A stretch of DNA of 64,000 nt from a virus. Taxonomy: Duplodnaviria > Caudoviricetes. This document shows positions 18,887-29,775 of this stretch, one piece after another (the first letter of the stretch is position 1; every line of letters starts with the position of its first letter). Below the pieces are notes generated by a model. That model saw nothing but the letters and a program-made list of their open reading frames with translations, did not search any database and was not told the DNA's origin. Where the stretch lies: IMG/VR virus record IMGVR_UViG_3300029288_003882, positions 19,913-83,912 of that record, one strand, 5' to 3'. Both the position numbers and the translations under genes were made by a program.

Positions 18887-20368
18887 TTATGAAGACGGTT
18901 TCCTTGAGTATCGGGCAAGTGTCTTCGACATCTTGCGGTAGGCTTCTTTCTTCTTGTCGCTCACGTTCATGTGGGCGAACTCGTCGGACTTGGGTGTCGT
19001 TGCGTCGTCCTCGTTGCTTAGGGATTTCTTCTTGGGCGGTGCGTTCTTTGCCGCTGCATCTACCTGCTCGCGGACTTTCTTCTCGTTCTCAAGTTCTACG
19101 ATCTTGGCTTCGAGCTCCTTTATCTTCGCATTGAGCGGGTCTGCGGTCGTCTTGATGACGGTCGCAATCTCTTCCGCCTTCTTGCGTTCGTCTTCGGCAG
19201 CCTTGAACTTTGCAAGCGTTTGCTCTTGCTCGGCAATCTTCGCCTGCATCTCTGTGACCTTCTTCTGTGCATCGTCAACAGGTGACGGCGCTTGAGTTTT
19301 GTTATCGTTTTCGGACAATATTTTCACCACTTCTTTATTTGCTGGTAAGTTATTTAGCGGTTTTGTGTTAATATTAATACCGTCCACCGTTTCTGGTTGT
19401 GCCTTTATTTCCTGTTTCTTGATAGGTGGACCCGTGCAACCTTTTATCACCAGCATTACCTCCTCCTCTTCGTCTTCGGCGTCGTCTTCGTCTTTCGATG
19501 AAACGTTCTCGGTGGAATACTTGTATGTACCGTAGTCATCGGTAAATTTGGGCTTCAATGCGTCTATCAAGCCCTTCCATTGTGCGCCTTCGATTTCGGC
19601 ATCCCTGTTTGCAGGTGAATCGACGACAGATATTTCCACCAGCCTTATCTTCGTGTATCGCCAATAACACTTGTCCTTCTCGGGGCAATATTGTTCTACC
19701 TTTTTCACCATAAATCCGATAGAAAACGCCCGCAACGTTCCAGAGATGATCTTCTTTATGATGTCTATTTCGGTGGCGTCGATTTGCATTTGTGCCCGAA
19801 CCGTCTGGTTTACCTTCCAGATTTTTAACGTCTTGCCTATGGGGTTGGCTTGATGCATATATCGAACGGTCGGGAACTTCATATAGAAGTCTATACTTTC
19901 TATGATTGCGTCAGGCAATACAATCTCTTCGTATGTATCGACGCTTTCGGAAGATATGATGCCTTCGATTATGAGGTCTTTGCCCTCCACGTATTCATCA
20001 ACCTTCGGTGCCATTTCCTTGACGATACGATATATCATGTTCGAAGTTCTACCCTTAAAACTTTCGAACGATTTTGGCACAACGACCTTCAAAGATTTCA
20101 AATCAAATCCGTGGTCGGTAATCCAAGTTTTTATCTTGTCTTCTGACCAAGAATATTTATCTTCCGTGCTGAAACGGATTGATTGTTCGGTGATCTGGTC
20201 GGGGTTAGACTTCAATGCACCGCCAATCGCCCGTATTCCTTCTTTGTTATACGGGTAATTACCGTCGTCTTTCGTTGGCTTTGCGGGCCAGATTTGCTTC
20301 ATCCATTCGAACTTTCCAGGCTCCTCTACCCGTGCTCTCCATTCTGATGGCTTCTTTTCCAATGGCAT
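18887..20368 (-). CDS. Prohead maturation protease (HK97/U35-type) with C-terminal scaffold-like coiled coil
   Basis: IEGIISSESVDTYEEIV, RYMHQANPIG, RAFSIGF, LVEISVVDSPAN motifs. Confidence 0.92.
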   Translation of the reverse strand: MPLEKKPSEWRARVEEPGKFEWMKQIWPAKPTKDDGNYPYNKEGIRAIGGALKSNPDQITEQSIRFSTEDKYSWSEDKIKTWITDHGFDLKSLKVVVPKSFESFKGRTSNMIYRIVKEMAPKVDEYVEGKDLIIEGIISSESVDTYEEIVLPDAIIESIDFYMKFPTVRYMHQANPIGKTLKIWKVNQTVRAQMQIDATEIDIIKKIISGTLRAFSIGFMVKKVEQYCPEKDKCYWRYTKIRLVEISVVDSPANRDAEIEGAQWKGLIDALKPKFTDDYGTYKYSTENVSSKDEDDAEDEEEEVMLVIKGCTGPPIKKQEIKAQPETVDGININTKPLNNLPANKEVVKILSENDNKTQAPSPVDDAQKKVTEMQAKIAEQEQTLAKFKAAEDERKKAEEIATVIKTTADPLNAKIKELEAKIVELENEKKVREQVDAAAKNAPPKKKSLSNEDDATTPKSDEFAHMNVSDKKKEAYRKMSKTLARYSRKPSS

Positions 20369-20381
20369 AATTTCACCTTCT

Positions 20382-20807
20382 TTATGTGTTTTGATTGCTA
20401 TTTGATTTTTCGGTTTCCTCTTTTAGTATCTTGTCTATTGCAACTAAATTTAATTCGATTAACTTGGCTTGGTTTTTCTTGACTGCATCATGCAAGAAAA
20501 ATCTTCCAGGAAAAAATGAAGTTCCTAATTCCTGGTAGGTTGCGTAATCCACGTTTGTGCCTGGACCTCCGAATTTCACGAAGATGGTTCCCATTTCACG
20601 ACCAGAACCTACCTCCGCTTCAAGCCTTCCAGATCGCCGTAATGCGCCCGATTTTACAGGTGCATTTAACTTGGCGTCCTTTAGTATCAACGAAGCGACG
20701 TTTTTTATTTGCTTCATAGATTCTTTGGAGATTCTGCTTTCCATTTCCTTTAATGCATCTTTGACCTGCTCGCAATTTTCAGACGTGCCCCATTTTTTGA
20801 CGCTCAT
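20382..20807 (-). CDS. HK97 gp10-like neck/tail-completion protein
   Basis: AKLNAPVKSGALRRS, VDYATYQELGT, GRFFLHDA motifs. Confidence 0.8.
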   Translation of the reverse strand: MSVKKWGTSENCEQVKDALKEMESRISKESMKQIKNVASLILKDAKLNAPVKSGALRRSGRLEAEVGSGREMGTIFVKFGGPGTNVDYATYQELGTSFFPGRFFLHDAVKKNQAKLIELNLVAIDKILKEETEKSNSNQNT

Positions 20808-23033
20808 TTAATCACCCTCCTCCTCGTTAGGTTCTGGCGTCATATCACCGCGGCAAAACGGGTGGGCAGGTATGACATCTTCGGCTTCCTCTGCAGGATA
20901 TATCCAGTTATTGTGTTCAAGACAGTCAGGATTGGTAACATCGTCTTCGGTCTCAATGCGTCTAAAATTCTTAAAGCCCATTTGCACATGTCCGCGCATG
21001 TGACCTTCGACGACGAAACGGGCGGTCTCGGTAACTACCACTCGTTCATACATCCATCTGGGAAATCCTTCGCTTTCAGGATTTAAGAAGTCTTCGAATT
21101 CTCTTACCGTCTTTTGCCAATTCCAATGATTATCTGCCGATTGATCTAAAATATCCTTTAATGTATTTTTATAATTATAAGGTGTTTCGTCCGTTGTCAA
21201 GCGTTCGAACATCGGGGGGAAATATTCGTTTTGCAAGTAGTCAAGAACCGCTTTATCTGGTTCGTTGAACGATATACCCATACCTGCATCGCCCATAATC
21301 CACTTCATAGTGTCTTTGAAGACCTGTTTGGTGGGCTTTTTTAGACCGTCCACGCCTTCGCTTGATGCATCTTCCAGAGTTACTTCGAAATCACGATACA
21401 TTTTCTCATAGTCTTCAGGCGACGGATAATCCAAATCATTCGCTCTAATGCCCATTTTTATCTTCTTGACATCACGCATTAAATTCTCATAAAGCGTGGA
21501 TGCAAAAGTTCCTAAAAGATACTTGCGTATGATAGGCGCTTTTATGTCTTTGAAGCGGTCAAGTCTTTTAATAAAGTTAAGTTGTTCTTTCGATGGACGT
21601 CCTTTTGCGGGATATGGTTTGACTTTTGGGTTTTTTTTTTGGATTACCTTTTTGCGATATGGGAAATATTTATCGACGACGATGCCTTCCTCTTGTTGAT
21701 CACCTTCATCGATATTATCCCCGTCTTGCATATCTGGCGGAATTTCGCCCTGTTTTGCAAGTATCGACGGGCTTGGATATCGAACGTCATCCGCCCAAGG
21801 TTCGTCAATTCTTGCCACCTCGAATAATGACCTTGCCTCATTGACGCTTAAAAACCCTTCCTGTCTTCCGATACGGCAGGCATTTGCGTTCTTTGCCCGT
21901 GCTTCGCTTTCAGTTTTTATTTGCTTCGGGCGTAATGTGTTAAACTTGAAATCCCAGTCGGTGCATCCCATCTCGGTAATTATGCCGTTGTAAATCGCCT
22001 TTTCAATCTTTCTTTGTATGCGCTCAATGATGTCGTAATAGGTATCATCCTGATTATCGGCATCACCCAATTTTCCGGGTGTTGCCAGTCCCATCTTCGT
22101 CGGTGGAATCCCGAAAACGGAACAAATCTCTTCCCGATAATATGCAAGCGTTTCTAAGAATTTACCAGATTCGGCACTGTCCATAAGTTTTTGCAATTGA
22201 AAGCCATTCGGCACATTTACCATAATCATGCCGTATGGATTTTGGGCGACGTTTAACTGGTCACGAACTAAGGTAATCAATCTATCCATCTCATCTGGGT
22301 CATAATCGCCGGCGTTTATTATCGTCTTTGGGATTGCGCCCTTATACAACTTGCCCATATAGCCAGTTAAGTTGATTTGTCCAGCAATGACATTAAGCAA
22401 CGACGTTAACGGCGATTGCCCGTTAGTTCGCCCTTTCTTGAATCTTGTTGTTCGGATGATCTTGCGGGCATTGAAGTATACTGATGCACCGTGGACCGTT
22501 TGTTGATAACACATTTCTTCTGGGTCGGTGCTTAATTGCCCCGTCTTGTTGTTTGCAAGGATGAACATTGTTGAGCCGTCGATATGAAAGATTCCGACCA
22601 GATCACCGCCGAACCAGTTGTAATTGTTTTTCGAATCTTCGACATCGTTCGTTCCAACCTTTTCCCAAAATGCATCACCGTATAGTATCAAGTCATAGAC
22701 GAAATTTTCCAACCATTCGTCTGATACGTCGTCGGGATTAGGTTTTGAAAAGAATTTATTGAGCCTATCCAATTGTTCTGGACTCGGTTCTTTTACACCT
22801 ACATGAGGCTTGAATTTATGACCGGCATTTGCTATGTCGTCAGTCATATGGCGGAGTATCCCATCTACCGTTTCCGAGCCGTTTGCAACCTTTCTTAATA
22901 GTGAACGTTCAACGTCGGGTTTAACCGCCGAACCTTCTTGCCAATATGAACTCCCAAAATCAGCAAGCGACGCAACGGCTTTTACCGAGAACTTATGTGC
23001 TTCTTTCGGTTTCTGTTCTTGGGATAATGTCAT
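20808..23033 (-). CDS. Portal protein fused to a MuF/SPP1-gp7-like head morphogenesis domain
   Basis: Portal motifs (LILYGDAFWE, GQSPL, ICSVFGIPP, SVNEAR) followed by ERVVVTETAR and IPAHPFCRG (MuF). Confidence 0.88.
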   Translation of the reverse strand: MTLSQEQKPKEAHKFSVKAVASLADFGSSYWQEGSAVKPDVERSLLRKVANGSETVDGILRHMTDDIANAGHKFKPHVGVKEPSPEQLDRLNKFFSKPNPDDVSDEWLENFVYDLILYGDAFWEKVGTNDVEDSKNNYNWFGGDLVGIFHIDGSTMFILANNKTGQLSTDPEEMCYQQTVHGASVYFNARKIIRTTRFKKGRTNGQSPLTSLLNVIAGQINLTGYMGKLYKGAIPKTIINAGDYDPDEMDRLITLVRDQLNVAQNPYGMIMVNVPNGFQLQKLMDSAESGKFLETLAYYREEICSVFGIPPTKMGLATPGKLGDADNQDDTYYDIIERIQRKIEKAIYNGIITEMGCTDWDFKFNTLRPKQIKTESEARAKNANACRIGRQEGFLSVNEARSLFEVARIDEPWADDVRYPSPSILAKQGEIPPDMQDGDNIDEGDQQEEGIVVDKYFPYRKKVIQKKNPKVKPYPAKGRPSKEQLNFIKRLDRFKDIKAPIIRKYLLGTFASTLYENLMRDVKKIKMGIRANDLDYPSPEDYEKMYRDFEVTLEDASSEGVDGLKKPTKQVFKDTMKWIMGDAGMGISFNEPDKAVLDYLQNEYFPPMFERLTTDETPYNYKNTLKDILDQSADNHWNWQKTVREFEDFLNPESEGFPRWMYERVVVTETARFVVEGHMRGHVQMGFKNFRRIETEDDVTNPDCLEHNNWIYPAEEAEDVIPAHPFCRGDMTPEPNEEEGD

Positions 23034-23094
23034 AATAGTTAATTAAAATCACGTACCCAAATTAAATATCTATTGTATTAAAATTAATACCGTC
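23034..23094 (-). promoter_or_regulatory. Late promoter type A (copy 2)
   Basis: Near-copy of 3494-3554; TATA-like TTTAATTT 25 nt upstream of the portal ATG. Confidence 0.7.
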
Positions 23095-23103
23095 GGTTGG
23101 ATG

Positions 23104-23179
23104 TTGTCATTCCGTGCGCCATTTTACAAAATCTATATATATGGATAATGCGTTATACTATACGGAAGTTGGTCAAATG
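23104..23179 (+). promoter_or_regulatory. Cassette promoter 1 (TGTC-N16-TACA, TATA, leader GGAAGTTGGTCAAATG)
   Basis: Same geometry as the promoters at 33385, 36321 and 50942. Confidence 0.75.
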
Positions 23180-23536
23180 GACGCAACAATGAAAGAAGAC
23201 ATCAAGCAACGCATACAAAAAGACTTTGAGACGATTGCGAACTTTTACGGTGGCGACGCTTCGACAATCACGATAAAAATACATTACGTTGAACCGTGGC
23301 TTTTGCAATCTTCGGGACGATATGTTGCATCAAAGAATCTTATGCACATTTCGATACCCGATAATGTCGAATTCGTAAAAAATAATTATCTTAGGATACG
23401 CAAGACGTTAACGCATGAATGCATACATCATTTTGAAAAGTTGCATCATGATAATGTCGGTTACAAAGTTGGGTTTTATTCGGGTGACAAAGACGTTTAT
23501 ACGATTTTGATTCTTGCAAAAATCTGGAGGAATTAG
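23177..23536 (+). CDS. SprT-like zincin metalloprotease domain
   Basis: TLTHECIHH (HExxH) motif; start reassigned to the ATG of the conserved leader. Confidence 0.65.
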   Translation: MDATMKEDIKQRIQKDFETIANFYGGDASTITIKIHYVEPWLLQSSGRYVASKNLMHISIPDNVEFVKNNYLRIRKTLTHECIHHFEKLHHDNVGYKVGFYSGDKDVYTILILAKIWRN

Positions 23537-23686
23537 ATGGGATATTTTCGAAATTGGTATACGTTGTCCTGCGATTGCGGGTTTAGATGTTATGAGAAGT
23601 ATCGAAGTAATGCGAACGTTAAAAGGCGAAAGGGCAAATACTATTGCCCAACGTGCAACAAAGAACTATCAAAGGAGGAATATTAA
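23537..23686 (+). CDS. Small Zn-ribbon protein (49 aa)
   Basis: MGYFRNWYTLSCDCG...KYYCPTCNKEL; own GGAGG RBS. Confidence 0.6.
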   Translation: MGYFRNWYTLSCDCGFRCYEKYRSNANVKRRKGKYYCPTCNKELSKEEY

Positions 23687-25117
23687 TGAAATACACAATA
23701 TACCACGAAGTTGATGATTTATGGACAATCATCGACGAGAACGTTAAAAGAGTGGGCGAATATCTCAAAAAGGGCGAAGTTGCAAACTGGATTTCCAAGA
23801 ACTTCAAACCTGGCGACGAAATCGAATGGGAAGAAAAGAAGAAAGAACCAGCACCAGAAGAACCTTGGACAGAAGATCGAACGAACAAACTTATCAAGAC
23901 GATAAAGAACCTTGGGAGGTAGGTAAATGAAAGCATACAACGAAATCGATTTAAGTCTTGACGTTCTTGTGGACGTCATGCGCGGACGTGCAGGCGGGTT
24001 AAGACCATCAAAGCCGTCAAAAAACGGTTTGCACCAGTATATCTGGCGGATGTGCAGGTTCCACTCAGGCAAGGATGTGACCATGCCGATAATGTGCATC
24101 TACGATCTGGAAAGATGGCTTAAGGAAAACGATTACGATTATTCCGTTTGCTTCAAGCCTACACCTGAAGCGCAAGCGTTCATGAAGACACTCGATACCG
24201 TAATCGACCAGATTCTTGACAAGTTGAAAGAATCGAAATATGGCGGCGCAATAGCATGGGCAAAGGTGATATGATGTTTCCACACGAATACAGAAAAGCA
24301 ATGAAGGAACTTGATGACGAAGAGAACGAACTGCGAGCAGAGAAGGAAATAACCGTTGCGAAGATGAAAACGGACCCGACCGCATTCAGAAAAAAGGTAG
24401 TCAAAGACATCAACCACAAATTGATGGTTTTGGCAAGGAAGAAATCGCAACTACCCCTTCCCGATGTTTACGTCAAGAAGAACAAACCGAAATCATCGAC
24501 GATAACATCCACAGAATGTTTCTTCGATCTGGTTCCCTGCAATCACGAGTGGGTAAAGGCAAATCCAGGAACGTTCACTTGCACAAAGTGTGGCGAGGTA
24601 GAAAATGTCCCAGAGGTGAAAGAATGAAAACGAGAAAATCCATAGAACGAATCGTCATCGAAGAACTTATGAGACTTCATGACGACAAGATAGTTCTGAA
24701 GGTATGCGCCGATGTTTTCGGCTACGACAAGCGCAAAGTATCCGAAATAATGGGCAATATCAAAAGGTGATATTGATGCCCAAAGACGTATCGACAAAAG
24801 AAACGATAATAAACTGGATGAAACGCTTGAAAGGGATACAACTAATGGACGAATTCACCATACACAATTTGGATATCGATTTCCAAGAACTTGACCAAGA
24901 GACAATAGACTACTTGCATGAATGTGCAATCAATCAAAGGCAACGACGTCCCGCATCTTGCGAAGACGGGCAATGCCCCGTATCGGGCAAGAGTGACTTA
25001 TGCAAGTTCCGTTCCTTATATTTCGGATGTAATGATTGCAACATATACAAAGGCAAGAAACATCTTTTAATCGATAACGTTGGTGATCACCAAAAGAAGC
25101 GACGACACAAATCTTAA
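23686..25117 (+). CDS. Five further small hypothetical genes of cassette 1 (23686-23922, 23927-24274, 24271-24627, 24624-24770, 24776-25117)
   Basis: Overlapping start/stop codons and GGAGG/GGTGA RBSs; several Cys-rich; no recognisable family. Confidence 0.65.
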
Positions 25118-26781
25118 CCTACGGTCCATACCTTAATTTCCTTCTTTCTTGCGAATTTAAGCCCGATCAGGCAATAGACTGCGGTATGCAAGAAGTGGTC
25201 CGGTCCGCTTCGCCCATATCTCGTATAGACATCTTTTGCCTTATAGGATTTGTCACCTAATTTTATTTCGAAATCACTTAATAGATTCGTGAAATGAGGT
25301 ATGGCATCCTCCATAACCTCACGAGAAGTTGGCGCATAAGGAAACGTTATCTTTTTGTTGTGTATTGCTTCGATGCACATTTCTATGGCTTGAGAACGAT
25401 TGACGTTAAGGCGATAAATCTTATTGTTCTGGTCGTCTTTCTCTTTGTATTCATAGAACTTGTCCACAATCGTGATGCCGTATCTGCAACCTTTGACTAT
25501 ATCAAAGAATATACTTTGAAGTTCTCTTACCTCTTTTTGCCCATATCCCCAGTCAACAACGGCATTTTGGATATTGAATCTTTGGAAAATCTTGGCAATG
25601 TGGTCGATTTCTTCTTTTAACGTTCTATAAATCATAGTATCGACAAACTCCATATGCAAGACTTTCATGTTTTTATCCATCACCATAATATGATGACCTT
25701 TGCCGCAGTCCATCCCGAAAACGTTTCCAGGTTCTTCGCTTGAAAAGACATAATTCAATTTGTGATCACAGCAGTCCAGCATTTGGTCAACCGTTATCGG
25801 TCTCGTCCCACCAGAATACGACATTCCCCAAACTTCGTTTTCCCATAAGCGTTCGCTTTCGTATTCTTCTCTTGCTCTAATGATGTCGGTCGCCGTTATT
25901 TGTGGATGCATCATTTGGTGAGTGTGATAGCCTACAAAGTTTGCCTTTGCATGATCTTCGCAAGTTTCTACCCATCTTCCTGCAAGAACGTTTAATACCG
26001 ATTTGCATTCGATACAACCTTTATAGTATTCGTTTTCTTTATTTGGGTCTTTCATGACGTTTTCTTTTTGCAAGAACTGGCGACGACCACATTTTTTGCA
26101 TTGGACTTCCCATTCGTTTTTGGTGGACTTTTCCCACATCTCATCGAATTCGTCACCCTTATCTCTTGCAGTTCCTGCCATTAAAAACCATTTATGAGGT
26201 GATAATCTAATTATTTCTTTGACTTTGGGAAACCATTTGCGCTTCATATCTTGAACTTCGTCAACGACACAAAAATCACCCGCTAAGCCCAACAATGCAA
26301 CGGCGTCGCCCCATGCAGAATACATATAGAGATGATTATACAATTTTCTATCGTTATCAACAATAAATCTTTTATGTGAAATGCTGGAGGGCTTTTCGAG
26401 ATATGCGTCAATCGTACCGTTTACAGAACTATTTATCGCATCGTCGAGTCTTTCTGTGGAAAATACGTTGACCTGTTTCGATCTTGCGATTGTATAAAGC
26501 GATACAAAATATTCCAAAACCAAATCAGATACGAGCAACAAGTTGCATATCGTTTCTGTTTTTTCCATTTTTCTTGAGGATTTCCATACAACGGTTTTTG
26601 GTTTGTATGGTACGAATTCGTGATAAATCGCCCTAAGGTATGGGCGTTTGTCTAATGAAAATGGTTGCCCCTTTATCGTTCTAATTGTTTCGGCAAAAAC
26701 GTCGAAGTTTTCGGTTAAGAAGTCAAGTTCCTCCGAGGTGAATTGCTCGGGCTCTGAAGATATTATTTCCGGACCTGTCAT
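25114..26781 (-). CDS. terL: Terminase large subunit
   Basis: VVWKSSRKMEKTE (Walker A region), CVVDEVQD (Walker B), Zn-like CKKC..CIEC insert, nuclease FGMDCG, VVDWGYG, PDHFLH. Confidence 0.9.
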   Translation of the reverse strand: MTGPEIISSEPEQFTSEELDFLTENFDVFAETIRTIKGQPFSLDKRPYLRAIYHEFVPYKPKTVVWKSSRKMEKTETICNLLLVSDLVLEYFVSLYTIARSKQVNVFSTERLDDAINSSVNGTIDAYLEKPSSISHKRFIVDNDRKLYNHLYMYSAWGDAVALLGLAGDFCVVDEVQDMKRKWFPKVKEIIRLSPHKWFLMAGTARDKGDEFDEMWEKSTKNEWEVQCKKCGRRQFLQKENVMKDPNKENEYYKGCIECKSVLNVLAGRWVETCEDHAKANFVGYHTHQMMHPQITATDIIRAREEYESERLWENEVWGMSYSGGTRPITVDQMLDCCDHKLNYVFSSEEPGNVFGMDCGKGHHIMVMDKNMKVLHMEFVDTMIYRTLKEEIDHIAKIFQRFNIQNAVVDWGYGQKEVRELQSIFFDIVKGCRYGITIVDKFYEYKEKDDQNNKIYRLNVNRSQAIEMCIEAIHNKKITFPYAPTSREVMEDAIPHFTNLLSDFEIKLGDKSYKAKDVYTRYGRSGPDHFLHTAVYCLIGLKFARKKEIKVWTVG

Positions 26782-27419
26782 CTTTCACCAGATTGCCGCA
26801 GTCGGGGCATTCAAGATATGCCCCTTTGCTATTATGAACTTTTCGCCTACCACAAACATAGCACATAATACTCGGATTGGAATATCCACGTTTAAACCGG
26901 TTCATCGATGTGCCTCTGTTTTTTATCGTTTACCGCCTTGACAATTCCCACCGCGTTTTCATGATCTAAGATGTCCTTGAACTTGTCGCAATCGACAGAA
27001 TGTCCTTCGACATCATACATAGCCATAGCGGTGTTGTTAAGTGATACCAGAATAACAAAAGATTCCTTCTCTATCTTGATATTATTTCGATATGCGTTCA
27101 AAGATTTATCAAGAAAGTATCCGCGTTCCTTTAAAAATTGTTCCGTATCCATAGACATCACTCATGCAACATCGCTCGGTCCGCCAAACGCTTCTTTTGG
27201 GCGATTAACTTGCATTTAGGGCAAACGTATGCTGTGGTTGTTTCTTGCATCTTAATGCTCTTGCACCGTGGACAATCCATCTTTGTTCACCACCTTAACT
27301 TCGGCATTCTTTTCGAGATGCAAGATAAGGGTTTCCTTTTCGAATTGTATTCTCGTTACCGTAAAACCTGGCATTTTCAACAACGCCAATAAATCGTCTT
27401 TCGTATAGATGAGTTGCAT
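26723..27419 (-). CDS. Four small hypothetical genes (26723-26905 Zn ribbon, 26892-27161, 27158-27280 Zn ribbon, 27252-27419)
   Basis: ORF track plus hand translation (MDCPRCKSIKMQETTTAYVCPKCK...). Confidence 0.55.
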
Positions 27420-27450
27420 AGATGACAATTTGATTATGAATATATAAAGT

Positions 27451-28443
27451 TTATAATTTTAAACCGTTGACTTCGATATAATGTTTGGTAAATAAATCGT
27501 TGCTATATCTATTTTGGTGTTTTATGAATTCGTCTTTATTGTATTGCTTTATGAAGCGTTCTATTTCTTCGTAAGCGTTCAATATGGACAAGTGTTCCCT
27601 TTCGCCAAATACGAAGCGCATTTTATCGAACGACACATTATAGGACCTATTATCGATGTTTTGCACGTCGGATATAACGTTCAGGTTCTTGTTTATCTTC
27701 TTTAATTCATCCGCAACCTCCGATATACGCAAGTTGAACGAACCTATATTAATTATTTCCCTCATGCGCATGTGCGGATGCACGACCGTCTGCACGAAGT
27801 ATTTGGCGGCATCACGAACATGAACAAACGGGCGCCATTGGTCACCGCCAAAGATATTAATCTTGTTTTCTAAAACGGCGCTTTTGATTAATGTATTGAT
27901 CACCAAATCGAAGCGCATCCTTGGCGAATACCCGAACAATGTGGAAAGCCTGAAAATTTGCCAATCGACATTAATATCCCTATCGGTGCAAACGATATAT
28001 TTTTCCACGTCTGCTTTTGTCTTTGCATACAACGACACTGGGTTAATGTCGCTTGTCTCATACAGTTCCATTTCTTCGGAAAACCCATAAACAGAACATG
28101 ACGAAGCGAATAATAATTTTTTTATTTTGTAGTCTTCGGCTAAATCAATAACATTCTTTGACGCTTCGACATTAACTACTCGGGTGTATTCTGGACTTAT
28201 TGAACATGCGGGGTCGCCAACGATGCCTGCAAGAAGTATAACGTTATCTGTTCCTTTCATCACTTTGGCGATCTGGCAAATGTTCGTTATATCCCCAGTG
28301 ATAACTTCTACCTCTTTCGTTGGTTTCGGAATAATCCCATGCATGAACGAATCAAATATTTTTACCCTTTCACCGTTTTGTATTAAGCCTTCGACGATGC
28401 AAGACCCCAGATATCCAGCACCGCCTATTATTAGAGTTACCAT
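27451..28443 (-). CDS. NAD-dependent nucleotide-sugar epimerase/dehydratase (extended SDR)
   Basis: GGAGYLGS, LAGIVGDPAC, ASSCSVYG, YAKTK (YxxxK), RPFVHVRD. Confidence 0.95.
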   Translation of the reverse strand: MVTLIIGGAGYLGSCIVEGLIQNGERVKIFDSFMHGIIPKPTKEVEVITGDITNICQIAKVMKGTDNVILLAGIVGDPACSISPEYTRVVNVEASKNVIDLAEDYKIKKLLFASSCSVYGFSEEMELYETSDINPVSLYAKTKADVEKYIVCTDRDINVDWQIFRLSTLFGYSPRMRFDLVINTLIKSAVLENKINIFGGDQWRPFVHVRDAAKYFVQTVVHPHMRMREIINIGSFNLRISEVADELKKINKNLNVISDVQNIDNRSYNVSFDKMRFVFGEREHLSILNAYEEIERFIKQYNKDEFIKHQNRYSNDLFTKHYIEVNGLKL

Positions 28444-28451
28444 ATAATCAC

Positions 28452-29036
28452 CTACGGGATATTTCCGAATAAAAATATTTTATTTCTATCATCTATCTTA
28501 TATGTTTGTATCGTTGTTATTTCTGAATTTTTATATTTTTCCAAAACTTCATGTTCCGAACTGAAATATCTTACATGCGTATCAGACATAAAATTTGGAA
28601 CGCTTGCGATATATCTTTTGCCTTTGATCTGGTTCATTAAACGCAAATCGTCCCAAATGTGTTCAAGGAATTCAAGCATGACCACGACTTCGTATTTACC
28701 GAGATTTATTTTGCTTATTGCAGAAAAAACGTCGTCGCATGTGAACTTAAAATATTTATTACGTTGTTTAGCCTGTTCTATTGCAACACTTGAAAAGTCC
28801 ACGCCCATATAATCGACGATACTTGGAATTCCTTCTGCAAATTGACCAGTACCGCATCCTAAATCGAGAATAGATTTGTATGGTCGCAATCTAATATAAA
28901 CGTCTCGCCATATCTTGATATATATCGAAGATTCGTAAGGTGCCGAATAGTCTTTTTTACCTGCGCCCGCATAGTAATCGTTATATTGTTTTGCGGTAAA
29001 TTCAGGCAATTCCGCGCCTCCGTTTTGCATCGTCAA
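28452..29036 (-). CDS. Class I SAM-dependent methyltransferase
   Basis: ILDLGCGTG, GVDFS, LEFLEHI motifs. Confidence 0.9.
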   Translation of the reverse strand: MTMQNGGAELPEFTAKQYNDYYAGAGKKDYSAPYESSIYIKIWRDVYIRLRPYKSILDLGCGTGQFAEGIPSIVDYMGVDFSSVAIEQAKQRNKYFKFTCDDVFSAISKINLGKYEVVVMLEFLEHIWDDLRLMNQIKGKRYIASVPNFMSDTHVRYFSSEHEVLEKYKNSEITTIQTYKIDDRNKIFLFGNIP

Positions 29037-29775
29037 CGACGATCTTCCGCGGGCGCTTGAATTCTTCTGAATTATAATCCCATTTGCTTGATATATTCGA
29101 ACCGTGGTGCCAATAGTATTGTATCGGCGTATCTATGAACTTTATTTTATAATTCTCAGACAGGTTCAACCAGAAATCCCACATAAAGTTCCGATGCACA
29201 TCGTCCCGAATCTTCCAGTCCTTGATTTCTTTCCACGCTTTCGTTCTTACCAAAGAATTATCGATGACGCAACATGTCTCGAGTAAAAAGGCAGGGTCAA
29301 CATAATAACCCTCATTCGCCCGTATGAAGCGTTTTAATGCCTGTGCGGTGATCACCGAATCGAGAGCGGTGAAGTTCTTGTCTGCATTGATGAAATTACC
29401 ATAAGCGGCGCCTATTTCTTCGTTTTCTTCAAGCGCATTAAACTCTACCAGTAGTTTATTTGGGAACCAGAATTCGTCGGCTCCGCAGAAGCAAACATAC
29501 TTGGTAGGATTTATTTTTAGAATATCGAGACCTTGTTGCAAGCCCGCTCTTGGAATACCTTCTTTATTCCATACTTCGATGCGTGAATATTCGGCACTAT
29601 ATTCGTGGCATATCCTTTTGCATAAATCGGGGTCGTCGCCTGCGTCATCGACGACGATAACCCTTTTGGGCAAAATAAGACCACATTCGATGGTCCGAAG
29701 CATCGTTGGCAACATTAATTCATAATTTCGGCAAGCGATTATTACCGTTATGTCCTCTGTTCTTTGTAATGGCAT
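29002..29775 (-). CDS. GT2 family glycosyltransferase
   Basis: VIIACRNY, IVVDDAGD, FCGADE, WDFWLNL motifs. Confidence 0.85.
   Translation of the reverse strand: MPLQRTEDITVIIACRNYELMLPTMLRTIECGLILPKRVIVVDDAGDDPDLCKRICHEYSAEYSRIEVWNKEGIPRAGLQQGLDILKINPTKYVCFCGADEFWFPNKLLVEFNALEENEEIGAAYGNFINADKNFTALDSVITAQALKRFIRANEGYYVDPAFLLETCCVIDNSLVRTKAWKEIKDWKIRDDVHRNFMWDFWLNLSENYKIKFIDTPIQYYWHHGSNISSKWDYNSEEFKRPRKIVVDDAKRRRGIA

Noticed and set aside
17792-19853. Long plus-strand ORFs opposite MCP and protease (e.g. 18031-18705)
   Set aside because: Arise from biased codon usage of highly expressed minus-strand genes; no protein motifs.
21631-21640. T10 homopolymer in the portal gene as a phase-variation site
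   Set aside because: Reading frame is intact (QKKNPK) in an essential gene; no sign of disruption.
23534-23539. Pyrrolysine/amber readthrough joining the SprT and Zn-ribbon ORFs
   Set aside because: The downstream ATG has its own GGAGG RBS and TAG is used as an ordinary stop elsewhere; kept only as a minor alternative.
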